Assembly: GCF_009914755.1 (NCBI RefSeq) | Contig: NC_060946.1 | From: the human T2T-CHM13v2.0 reference genome, Homo sapiens | DNA length: 64,000 nucleotides | Reading direction: 5' to 3' (one strand) | In this document: positions 1 through 13,609 of the stretch, in pieces | Numbering within the stretch: the stretch's first letter is position 1 | Layout of the letters: every line of letters starts with the position of its first letter | Position numbers and translations under genes: made by a program | Notes under the pieces: model-generated | Database searches by the model: none | Seen by the model: only the letters and a program-made list of their open reading frames with translations | Told to the model about the DNA's origin: nothing

Positions 1-561
1 CAGAAAAGTGGCCTGAAGAAAGAGATGTCCAAACCAAGCACAATTTGACAGGCCCCACCTGTTGCTGCCAGGCACCAGGCAGTTTTCCTTAGATCAGGTG
101 GACCAGAGAACTGCCCCACACTTAGGGAGTGCCCCCTCTTCACATATGCTAGATGCTATCCTCACTTGCCATGGGAAAAGGCATTCTTATTCACAAACCC
201 CACCATGACTAGGCCTGCCCAGAGGGTCCTCTTTTCTGTCTTTCCAAGTTTCAAAAATGCAAGAGAACTATGAAAGATAGTCAGCAAAGAATACTTTTCC
301 AGCAAGGTACAGAGGAAGCACTTGAATACATTCAAGGAACTATGATCTCCTGGCTCCCACCACCAACCCACTTCTGGCTGAGCTAGCTCCGGTGTGCACC
401 TCAACAGAGAAGCCTCCCTGATTACTGTTTTAAAGAACAAGCTGTTCCTACCCACATCCCCTGCTGGTACTCTCGTAGCCAACCTGGCATTATTTTCTCC
501 ACCTCTGATTATCACTGAATGTAGTATTCATATCTTAATTTTGTGTCCCCCAACCCAACCG

Positions 562-680
562 GAATGTAAGCTCCTGGGGGCCAAGGACTCTCAATTCTGT
601 TCACTGTTCTATTCCCAACACTTAAGACAGTACCTGCCACATGCTGTGTTTTCAATAAATATCTGTTTAATAAATGGAAG
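562..680. mobile_element. L2 3'-end fragment
   Basis: gaatgtaagctcc...tcaataaatatctgtttaataaatg resembles the L2 tail. Confidence 0.6.
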
Positions 681-872
681 TGCAATGATCCAAGACTGGG
701 AGCAAGTTAATAGCATTTTGTGATTGAGTGAGTAGGCTGAGGAGAGATCTGACTTCAGGTCTCCAGGAGCTTAAAATGAGCAAGAACTTGATATGCTCCA
801 TCTTCAGGTGGACTAAAAGAAGAAATGGGACCAATAGGACTCATAAGGCTTTTAGGTCCAAGCTAGTGGTAG

Positions 873-1690
<818 letters not shown>

Positions 1691-2221
1691 TCATCCTGAC
1701 CAATGGATTTAGGGCTCTGAAGAACAAAAAGGAAATACATCATTAGGGCTCTTAAATGCCTCAAAGGGAAGCCTAACGTCAGGCAGGGTGTCCCAGAAAT
1801 GCAATCTAACACCTTTTGGTGAAACTCATTGCCTGTCTTTTTGGTGAGTAGGATGGGAGCTGCGGAGAAAAAGGCCATGCTACTTTTATTAAGTATTTGC
1901 AGTTACATTTTGCAAATGATTTCAGCAACTTTATCTCAGGTGTTTTAACATCTCAGCATCTCACAGTTGTAAGAAACAGAATCAATCTTCTACTCAGTGC
2001 AGAGGGGGAGAGAGCATGATATAGCAAAAAGAGCACTGAACCAGAGTCTAACAATCTGGCTTTTCATCTTTATCTGATCACTGATTAGAGTGTGGTCTCA
2101 GACAAATCACCTTGCTTTTATTGGTCTCATGACTACCTCGTCTTCAAGCACTCACCCAACTCTGTAATGGAAAATACACTAGGACAGAGGTTCTTAATTT
2201 TTTATGGGGCCTGGGCCCTAG

Positions 2222-2751
<530 letters not shown>

Positions 2752-3404
2752 TAATTTCTACTCATTGGTCGAAGTTCTCAATGGCAAATCAGAAAAATTG
2801 TGTTCTCGCCTGTATATGACATCTCTTCCTCTCTCTCTCTGAAGACTGTTTCTAACTAAAAAATGTAGATGATTCGCCATGCAAATTATTTTACTGTACA
2901 TTGTTACAAAGATAAGTTCTTCACCTCACCCCTAATATGCCAAATGTTCAAATGTAGATGCTGAAGTCCAAATAAGCACACTGCTATTAATCTGCATAGA
3001 TCTAGGTGTTGCAAAGAGGAGAACTGCTGTATAACAATATCTTGAAAGAAACAGCATAGTATTTTGGGGAAAGCACTGCATTCAGAATCAGAAGACTTGG
3101 AGTAATACTCGGTCTCACATTCCAACTACCTGTGTATCCTTGGGCACGTCACTTAACTTCTCTCAGCCTGGTTCTCTTCTGCAAAATGCGACAGGAATAC
3201 AGTGAGGATTAAGTGAAATAATGTTTGTAAGCTTCTAGGGCAAGGCTGGGACATAGCAAATTCTCAATAAATAAGTGCCAGCTCCCGCGCTCAGCAGGCT
3301 CCGAGTTTTATTCGATGCGCTCGGCGCTCTTGGTCGAGCGGGATTCCCCCTCCGGAGCCCGAGTCTGCGCTCTGGGCTCGACTGAGGCTCCCTGGCTGCT
3401 CGCG

Positions 3405-3474
3405 CTTTTCTCTCCTTCTCCAAGATGGCGGCGATCGGCGGCGTTGAGGCGGGATCCGGGCGAGCCGAGTGAAG
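3405..3474 (+). other. HMGXB4: HMGXB4 exon 1 (5'UTR; 5' end approximate)
   Basis: Lies in the CpG island. Pyrimidine tract 3405-3421 is the likely start region; donor GAAG|GTAGCG at 3474/3475. Confidence 0.8.
3421..3432 (+). promoter_or_regulatory. YY1 site / TISU element CAAGATGGCGGC
   Basis: Exact match to the YY1 motif AAGATGGCGGC and to the TISU consensus SAASATGGCGGC. Confidence 0.8.
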
Positions 3475-6400
3475 GTAGCGGCGAGCGGAGACCCCAGGAG
3501 ACCGGGCTGGGCCCCCACCCTGAGGCGGCAGCAGCCCCGCCCCGTCGCCACCCGCCGCCCTGGGCCCGCGACATCACCTCTGGGGTGCCCCAGGCCCTTC
3601 GCGGCCTAGCCCAGGGGCCGAGCCGGGGACTGGAGTAGCGGCCGCAGCCGCCCCCAGGAAGGGGCTGGAGCGGGCAGAAGGAGGAGGGCGGGCGGGAGCT
3701 GTTCAAACGGGGAAGGCGGGAAAGCTGCGGGGCCGGGAGGGGGCGTGCGGCCGCCCCGGGGGCCTGCGGACCCGGGCCGCCCCTCCCCCTGCCCGGGCCG
3801 TCTCCGCCCTCGGGGGCGCCGTGAGGCCGCCGGAGACGCGGGAACCCGGGTTCAGGTCGAGCTGTGCGGCTCGGAACCCGCGATGCGGGGGTCCCTCGGG
3901 CTGTCAGGGGGAAAGGGCTCGTGGCCGCGGCCACGGGAGGGCTGGGGCTGCGGCTGGCAGGAGAAAGTACGAGGAGCTTTCTTCTTTTCCTCTTCACAGA
4001 GCTTTGTTGAGCTAGCTGTTGCCGCAAAACTGCCGGGAGAATCCCACTGGTTTGCCGTGGGGACCACAAAAATGGTGGTCCTGGGGGCTGTTTGTGTAAA
4101 TCACCTGGTATTTTGTGTGTTTCTTGCGTGCAACCCGGCTTGGCCGTGCCTTCGTGGTGGGCGCCTTCTCCATGCAGGCCCATTTTCCCTCCACCAACTA
4201 CTACTTGTAGATTCACTTTATAGCGTGCAAAAGCGGAGAAACATCTCTGTCCCCTCTTTTGGAGGGCTAAGCTGGTGGCTGATTATATTTCCTCCTAATA
4301 GAACAAAGTAAAAAACTGAATCCCAAATAAAGCCTGTTGATTGGACAAGGCTTCTCAAAATTCGATTGCTGGTCTTATGGAATGTGTGTTGTCAGCCAAT
4401 CTGTGCGGTGGTCGTGGTTCCGCTTAATTGCACTGCAATGAGAGGATTCAATCCCCATCCCCGACTGTCGGGATCTCTGCAGCTTCCAGAGCTGGCAGGG
4501 GCTGGGAGTGCTGCCTAGGTAGGTCCCTGGAGAAGGGAGTGGCAAGAGGATTCGGAGTTACCGTGTTCGGAGATTGGAAGAAACCTGGACGAAGTTGAGA
4601 AGGCATCACTTGTCTGTATCGTAGAAGTAACAAGAAAATTTCAGAAATTGGCAACCGGCGGATGTGCATCTTCCTTTACCTGCACTGACTGGCATTTTGA
4701 GTTCTTGAAAGGAGTGGTTGGAAGAAGAGAATGCAGAATCTTGGACATGGCTCTCATCCTGGAACAGACCTGGAGTTCAGAATTTCTCTTACTGTCCGTG
4801 TGACGGGGCTTACTTTGTTTCCTTTTTTTCGATACTCATTTACATTATGGGGTGAAGAAGGTTGTTGATTGCAGGAGCTCAAGTTACCTCAAAAAAAGTC
4901 TGAAACCTGTTTTTTAACTGTAATTTGAAGTTTCAAAATGACAAAGTGCTATATCTGAGGACTTTTTCCTCCTGATTACTTTGGTCATCCCAAAGGCCTA
5001 TGCCTGAACATAACTTGTATGCTTATCTACCAGGGAAAGAGCAACTCTGCCCCCTCCTTTTTCATATCCTGAAGAAAAGTCCCCGAAGAGCTATTTAACA
5101 ATTTGTGCATTTCATAAGTATACATTTTTATGGTACCAGTTTTTTACTTGTATCAACAGTATGAAATAGTGAACTTTTACTTATGTTGTCATATCTTAGC
5201 ACACTGAGACAAACAAAATTATTCTTGCCTCTTGGAGTTGACAACATTGAATTTTATAAACTCCCAAATTATTGAATTGAGACTGGGTTTTAACACCTGT
5301 TTCACATTTGCCAACATTTAATGTAATTATGACCTCCCTTTTCTAATGTGAAAATCAAACCTAATATTCATTTTCATTAATCCTCACAATCTACTCTCTA
5401 CCCCTGAACTCTGAATTTTCACAGATTGTATTCAAGACCTGGAAGGAATATCAGGGGTTCATCTGATCTTATATAATGTTGCCTGAACTCTGCCTTTCTT
5501 TCACACTGTTGCTTGAGATTTATCTGGTATCTTTCCAAAACTAAACCCTGAGCTGCAATAATATCCTGATTTTAAAGAACGTAGAAATTCAGGGCCCATC
5601 GGTCTGCCCAAGCTGTGGCTGATACAGTCCGTTGTGTTTAATTTTAGTTTTTCAAGCTCTTGGCTGCCCCAGTTCTTCAGTGAATTGGACGTGTCTTCAG
5701 GCCTCATTCCTTCTTTTTTCTTCAGGTTATTTAATCCAGTAATTTATAAAATGCTCTTCAGTGTTTTTAAGAAAATTTAAACAGTGGTAGACCTAATATA
5801 TGTAATGCCAACACCACATTTTCTTGGTTGGCCTGTGCCTCTGAGAAGCAGTTCCTAATTTTCTATTCCCTCTCACAACTTTTTAATCCACTAGTTTTTT
5901 AAAGCAGCCAGTAACGAGACCACGATACAGTCATCTTTCTTTCTTTCTGTCTTCAGAGGTACTTATTTCTATTCTGTTAGGTTGCCCAACTCTGTTTTAT
6001 GTTGATTTTGATGTTACCAAAGGGAAGGCCTGTTATAAGTCTCAGGACCAGCCTTTGCTTACATATACAAGTGCATTTTGTTGTTGACAAAACACTGATG
6101 ACTGTATTTATGACATTGAATATTTAAGTTTTTTGCCATTATTTCTGAAATATTCTTTGCCAAAATTCATGCACAGAAAGTGTTTAATTTGAGGTCTCCA
6201 TTGGTTCTTGGCATTATCAGCCTATGAAAATCTATATAATCTATATATTTTTCTTATAAACTCAGTATTTTAGTGCCATTGAGAGGATATGCTGTTTTCA
6301 AATAAATTGATATAATTCCCTGTATTTCCCTTCTACCTGCACCCCTTTTGGAGTCAGCACCACTTGGGTGGAAAGGGGAGGACAGTAGTTTCCGCTGAGA

Positions 6401-7071
6401 AAGTGTCATCCTTAAATGCTGGAACATGGAAAACTGGCTACATTATGTATCTTGCCTCCTCACATTTTTATCTGAGGCCTGACCTTATGTCCCCTTCGTT
6501 TCCTATGAAAAGGCCCTTCGAACAGGCAGTTCTCCAATTGAACTTTAAAACAATCCAGTTAATATAGTTTCATTACTCTAGCTTCTCTTACTTTGACCAA
6601 ATCCATTCTTTATTTCACTTCTCAGAGAAGTGAAGAAATGCTTTTTTATGTTTCTTTTCTTAATCTAATAAATCATTCTTGGTAATGCTTCATTTTCCCA
6701 TTTAGGCCTACCTGTATGTACATTGTATTTTATCTGATTGTGCAAATAAGTCTTTTTAATGTAACTCTTATGAAAGTCTCCCTTGTTAATCAAATTCATC
6801 TTTTCTTTCACAAAAGTTCCATGCTTCAGTATTGTCCACAGCTACCTGAAGGAATTAGTAATGTGTCATTTAAGTGTCCTTCAGTATTTCTAAATACCCT
6901 TATAATAATGAAGGTAAAATTAAATTTAAATAAATGATCAATTAGATTAACTTTGTAAGCATCTGACTTAATTGGATGAGAACATTTCCAAAATATTTAA
7001 TATGTAATTTTAAAATTCCTGAAGGACTTATGAAATTGCTTGTTCTTAAAACATTTAAAGAACTTTACCTT

Positions 7072-7402
<331 letters not shown>

Positions 7403-8307
7403 TCATCTTCAAAGTCAAAATGGACATATAAACTCAAATGCCAAAAAAGGTTGTAAAAATTCAATAAAAAATACAATATCTAGAACATTTAAATTATAGC
7501 AATTCTTATTAGTGAAGGTCTTAATAATCATAAAAGTTTTATGACCAGTGGACAAATGATAAATGTCTCCCTATTTTCACCTAGCCTTTAAGAAAGCCTT
7601 GGTGGTGGTGACAGCTGTCATATGGTCAACTGATGTAAGGAGTGTACCTGCTTTTACAGTTACATAAATTTGAACAAATTCATGTCGCCCCCCCCAAAAA
7701 ATGCAAAAGACATTGTGCTCTAAAGATATTTAACATCCCTATACAGTTAATCATTTCTGTTTAAATTACAATGCAATAGATTTTACCGCTTCACCAATCC
7801 AGTTGGTAGGATTTTGTGGTCTTCAAATGTTTGATGTGATCTGTCTTCTCTGCATCTTGCTTTACCTGTGTATGTTGTAACCATGATTGAACCTATCCCT
7901 CTAACTTAATGTTGGTTTCTACCCTGTCTCAGTGTTGTCAGTCCTATTGGCATTTTAGAAATTCTCATTAATTTTGAAAATATTTTTTGTATTGGAGGTA
8001 TTTTATATACTTCCCCAAATGACAACTTTAATTCATGACTGAAATCTAATTAAGCCTAGTATACTTCCTGCAGTATCAACCCCACTGTATTTACAAAGAG
8101 AATGAGGAGGTGACAAGACACTTTTTATTTCTTGCTGCCCTTCCAGTCGGCCCTTGGATCACTGCGCATTTCCATCTGGAAGGTTGCTTCTCCTCAGTGA
8201 TTTCGCATTACAGGAGGGTTTTCCTTCTTTGTTTCTCAGACCTGGTCCTGTAGACGGGAAGGAGCCTGGACACAGTGACACATTCTCAAAGGCCCTGCAG
8301 GACCACC

Positions 8308-8338
8308 ATGGCTTATGATGACTCCGTGAAGAAAGAAG
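8308..8338 (+). CDS. HMGXB4: HMGXB4 exon 2 coding part (exon 8240-8338): MAYDDSVKKE
   Basis: Acceptor tttctcag|8240, Kozak accATGg, donor AAG|GTATGA; matches the recalled HMGXB4 N-terminus. Confidence 0.95.
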
Positions 8339-8994
8339 GTATGACCCCATAATCTGAGAAGCATTCCAAAGGGGGTATCCTCTTCAATCCTTGCAGCCCA
8401 TGGATATAGAGACCAGGACTGGGCACCACAGCCTGGACTCCCAAGTGATGGTCCAGAGCACTGTTATGACACTCAGCCTCCACGCCATCCCCAGACTGGG
8501 CCCATGGAAACGAAAACCAGGACAGGGGTTCCAACACGAGAGTCTGAAATATGAGTCTCTTAGTTTATTGGGGTGATCCCCTGCAGCACTCTTGGTCCTT
8601 GCCAGCTCCAGTGTGCAGGAGTCTGGGGATAGGAATCACATCCTGGACTCCCACAGAGAGCAGCACAGCACATGAATCCTTATTCTTTTCAGCCTTTCGT
8701 CTGCAAGTCTGTGTCCTCCTACCAAATCACAACTCAGAAACCATATCTGAGGTTGCACATGGGGCCTTTGCATAGCATGGAAACATTGTTTCTTCAGGTT
8801 TGATTCTTGTATTTGCAGCTAGGTCATCAAGAAATATTCTGTTCCCCTGGGTCTAGCCCTGTATTTCAGTGGACTTGATTGAAACATTGTTTTAATTTGG
8901 AAATAGAGGAACTGTTGCATTACCTGCATGACGATTTGGTCATTACTTACTTGACTTTCTCATTTCCTTTCCCAAATAAACCTGTGCTTCTCAG

Positions 8995-9143
8995 ATTGTT
9001 TTGATGGTGATCATACCTTTGAGGACATAGGACTTGCAGCTGGCCGAAGCCAACGAGAGAAAAAACGTTCTTACAAAGATTTTTTAAGGGAAGAGGAAGA
9101 AATTGCTGCTCAGGTCAGGAATTCTTCCAAGAAGAAGTTGAAG
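8995..9143 (+). CDS. HMGXB4: HMGXB4 exon 3 (DCFDGDHTFEDIGLAAGRSQREKK...KKKLK)
   Basis: ttctcag| acceptor, |gtaagt donor; 149 nt keeps frame (cumulative 180 nt). Confidence 0.95.
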
Positions 9144-9162
9144 GTAAGTCCTGAAAATTTAA

Positions 9163-9494
<332 letters not shown>

Positions 9495-9712
9495 AGGAAA
9501 GTCTTAAACTACTTCTTACCATATTTCCTAATATTTGAAGAAGGAAGTATTTTTTAATAACTTGAGAAAAGAAAAATAAAACGTTATGCACATCTATTTT
9601 TATTATTTCTTGTGCTTTGTTTCCCAAAATCAAAAATCATCAAAGACAAGAGTGGTTACAAACTGCATTTGCCTCATCATCTTATTATTGGTCAATTCTT
9701 CTTTAATTATAG

Positions 9713-9791
9713 GATAGTGAACTTTACTTCTTGGGGACGGACACACACAAGAAGAAGAGGAAGCACTCCTCTGATGATTACTACTATGGAG
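9713..9791 (+). CDS. HMGXB4: HMGXB4 exon 4 (DSELYFLGTDTHKKKRKHSSDDYYYG)
   Basis: ttatag| acceptor, |gtgagg donor; 79 nt, in frame. Confidence 0.95.
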
Positions 9792-10564
9792 GTGAGGATG
9801 GGAATGGGCAACAGGTGGGATAAACACATCGCTGGTTCTTGGAGTCGGGGTAGGGGAAAGGGATCCAGATGTTGCTGACTCAGTGGCCTATTTAACAGGA
9901 CAGTGGTTCTTGTTCTGAGTGCCGATAAACCAGTGTGAAGGAGGAGAGAGGTGGAGGGCTGGTATTTTGGAGGATTCAGCATAGAAGAACAGTCTGCATT
10001 TGTGATACACCAGGTACCAGGTTCCTTCTCCCCCCAATCATCCACTTATCTTGTGCCCATTGTTATCTAGCATCCCTTTTGCCATACGTAGTCCTCTGGC
10101 CTGCACCTGTGGGTCACTTCTCAACCAGTATATATCCACTCACAGAACCAGTTTTCTTAGCTATGTTATGCACATAGCTGATGAGACTCAACTTTCACCA
10201 GAATGGGTTTGTCCTGAACACAGAAACAAATGATACTCTGTCTGCAATCTGAATTGTTAACTTCCCATAATCCCACAGCTATAGTCAGTTCTTCTGGGTA
10301 TGTGCTCTTTGGTTGCTTCTGAAGACTCAATGAAGAGAAACAACTTTAGTGGCAAGAACTGTGTCCAGGGTCAGAGGCAGACTCTACCAAGCCAAGAAGC
10401 ACAAGGGCATCATTTCTCAATGTTAGGAATCAGTTAAAGGGTCTCCCTTCAAATCATTCCTGTTAGCCTCTTTCTCATGTTAGCTAGGTGCTTTTGATGA
10501 GAGAGGAAACTTGTTAGAAGTTGCTTCCCATCATATTGACAGTACTTCTCTTGATTATTTCTAG

Positions 10565-11520
10565 ATATTTCGTCTTTGGAATCGTCACAGAAGAAAAAGA
10601 AAAAGTCCAGCCCACAGTCTACTGATACAGCTATGGACCTGTTGAAAGCTATCACTTCCCCACTGGCAGCAGGCTCCAAGCCCTCCAAAAAGACTGGGGA
10701 GAAATCCTCTGGCTCTTCAAGCCATTCGGAGAGTAAAAAGGAGCACCACAGGAAGAAAGTCAGTGGAAGCAGTGGGGAACTACCCCTAGAGGATGGTGTC
10801 TCCCACAAATCGAAAAAAATGAAACCTCTCTATGTGAACACAGAGACACTGACCCTTCGGGAGCCTGATGGTTTAAAAATGAAACTTATTCTGTCACCAA
10901 AGGAGAAGGGAAGCAGCTCTGTTGATGAGGAGTCTTTTCAATATCCCTCCCAACAAGCGACTGTGAAAAAATCCTCAAAGAAATCAGCTCGGGATGAGCA
11001 GGGTGCTTTACTCCTAGGACATGAGTTACAGAGCTTTCTGAAAACAGCCCGGAAAAAGCACAAGTCATCCTCAGACGCACATTCATCTCCTGGCCCTGAA
11101 GGCTGTGGGTCTGACGCCTCCCAGTTCGCAGAGTCCCACAGTGCTAACCTTGATCTTTCAGGGCTTGAACCTATTCTGGTAGAATCAGACTCATCCTCTG
11201 GTGGGGAACTAGAGGCTGGGGAGTTAGTGATAGATGATTCTTACCGAGAAATCAAGAAGAAAAAGAAGTCAAAGAAGAGCAAAAAGAAGAAAGACAAGGA
11301 GAAGCATAAAGAGAAGCGACACTCCAAGTCCAAGAGAAGTTTAGGACTTTCTGCCGTGCCAGTGGGAGAGGTCACAGTGACATCTGGCCCTCCTCCCAGC
11401 ATCCCATACGCTGGAGCAGCAGCACCTCCCCTGCCACTTCCTGGCCTCCACACAGATGGGCATAGTGAAAAAAAAAAGAAAAAAGAAGAGAAGGACAAAG
11501 AGAGAGAGAGAGGAGAAAAG
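10565..11520 (+). CDS. HMGXB4: HMGXB4 exon 5, large Lys/Ser-rich exon (aa 87-405)
   Basis: ttctag| acceptor, AAG|gtaaag donor; corresponds to ORF 10576..11559; cumulative CDS 1215 nt. Confidence 0.96.
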
Positions 11521-11705
11521 GTAAAGCATCTTTTAAGTGTGGTGGGGGTAAGAGATTAAGCAGGTTCTTCCTGGGTAGTCAGTGGACTTTTAAGTTAAGC
11601 AGTTGAGGTAAACCACTGGGAATTAAGCATGTTTGGGGGATATGTTGGAATGATATAAAGTATAAAATATTACCAGTAGCCCAGTCTGTCTGATATAGAA
11701 GCAAT

Positions 11706-12015
<310 letters not shown>

Positions 12016-12535
12016 TAATAGAGTTATTCTCCCATTGTGCCAGGAATAGGTTTAGTTACACTGTGGCTTTTTCCAGCTAGTTCTTAGAATTCACAGAAGG
12101 AGCTAAACCCAATTTCTTTCACTTAGCATCACTGTCTGCTTAGGGCAGTTGGGAGATGTCAAAAGGTGTTCTTTGAGTTCATTTTTAAAAACAGACTATC
12201 AAAATTGGTAGAACAATGAGCAGTCAAGTTAACAGAATAGCTAATGACTTTCCACCAGCTGGTGTTGGCTACTTTCTGGTATTCTTTTTAGTGTCGAATA
12301 TATGTTCTTTTACTGTCTGAGTGCTTGCTGTATGCCAAGCTCAATGCTGTAGATAGTACCAGGAAGTAAAAACACAAGCAGGACATAGTTGTTGACTTTA
12401 GGGAGCTCACTGTTGATTAGGGAGATAGGAATGATAAATCAGTCACCTTGGTTTGATTTCTTTCCTCATAACAGTTTCTGGCAGTGAACTTTAGGGTCTC
12501 ATAACTATGTCATTAAAAGTTTCTTTTTTTATTTA

Positions 12536-12920
<385 letters not shown>

Positions 12921-13038
12921 AATCTAGGAATGGGAATTTAGTTTGATCTCTGAGGTGGAAGTTATTTCTCCACTATAAAGGGTGCCTTTTAAGAAAGTCT
13001 GCTTATATCTATCTGTAGATCTATATCTGTTTATCAGT

Positions 13039-13109
13039 ATGTGTGTGTGTATATATATATTATATAATATATATAAAATAATATATTATATATATATACA
13101 CACACACAT
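13039..13109. repeat. (TG)n(TA)n...(TA)n(CA)n compound microsatellite, quasi-palindromic
   Basis: 22-bp perfect inverted arms around a 27-nt A/T-only spacer. Confidence 0.85.
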
Positions 13110-13609
13110 CTGTTTATCTCAAAAAAACCACAAAGCTGTACCTCTGAGCCAGGAATCAGTGTGAACATAAAGACCTGGATATTCCAATACTAAGTCAGGT
13201 TTTATTCAGTTGTTTATTTGGAAAATTGCTTTATGAAATAAACACTATGTGTTCTTTATAAGATTCTGTTTATCCTAAGAATTTCCAGTCTAGTGACGTG
13301 ATAATGCCATGGACTAATCATCCAGTGCTGAATGTCGGAGCACAGGGTCAGGGAAAGCTTGAAGAAGGAGAAGGTTTCAGTGGAAGTGGACGCATGGAGG
13401 CAGAGAGATGTTCAGGAAGCAGCAGAGTAAAATAACTATAATTGAACTCTACTTGTGCAATTCCAGCTGCCTGCTAAATATTTCTACTTGAATGCCTTGG
13501 GTACCTCAAACCCTTATGTCACTAATTGACATGACCTAGCTACACCTTCTGTATTCCCAGTATCCCGCCAGTCAACCCAAACTCAAAACTGAATGCTTAT
13601 CGCTTTTCT

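Larger units (their letters stand above)
3280..4200. promoter_or_regulatory. HMGXB4: CpG island / promoter of HMGXB4
   Basis: Very GC- and CpG-rich stretch covering exon 1 and the start of intron 1, against a CpG-poor background. Confidence 0.92.

Noticed and set aside
3308-4311. Long ORFs over the CpG island (302 aa on -, 188 aa on +)
   Set aside because: Pro/Arg/Gly-rich, no recognisable domain; expected from stop-codon scarcity in GC-rich DNA.
10449-11529. Antisense ORFs opposite exon 5
   Set aside because: Shadows of the Lys-rich sense exon (poly-Phe runs); no independent support.
13289-13426. Purine-rich exon-like segment in intron 5
   Set aside because: Weak donor (AGA|GTAAAA) and no supporting coding signal; cannot be supported without RNA data.
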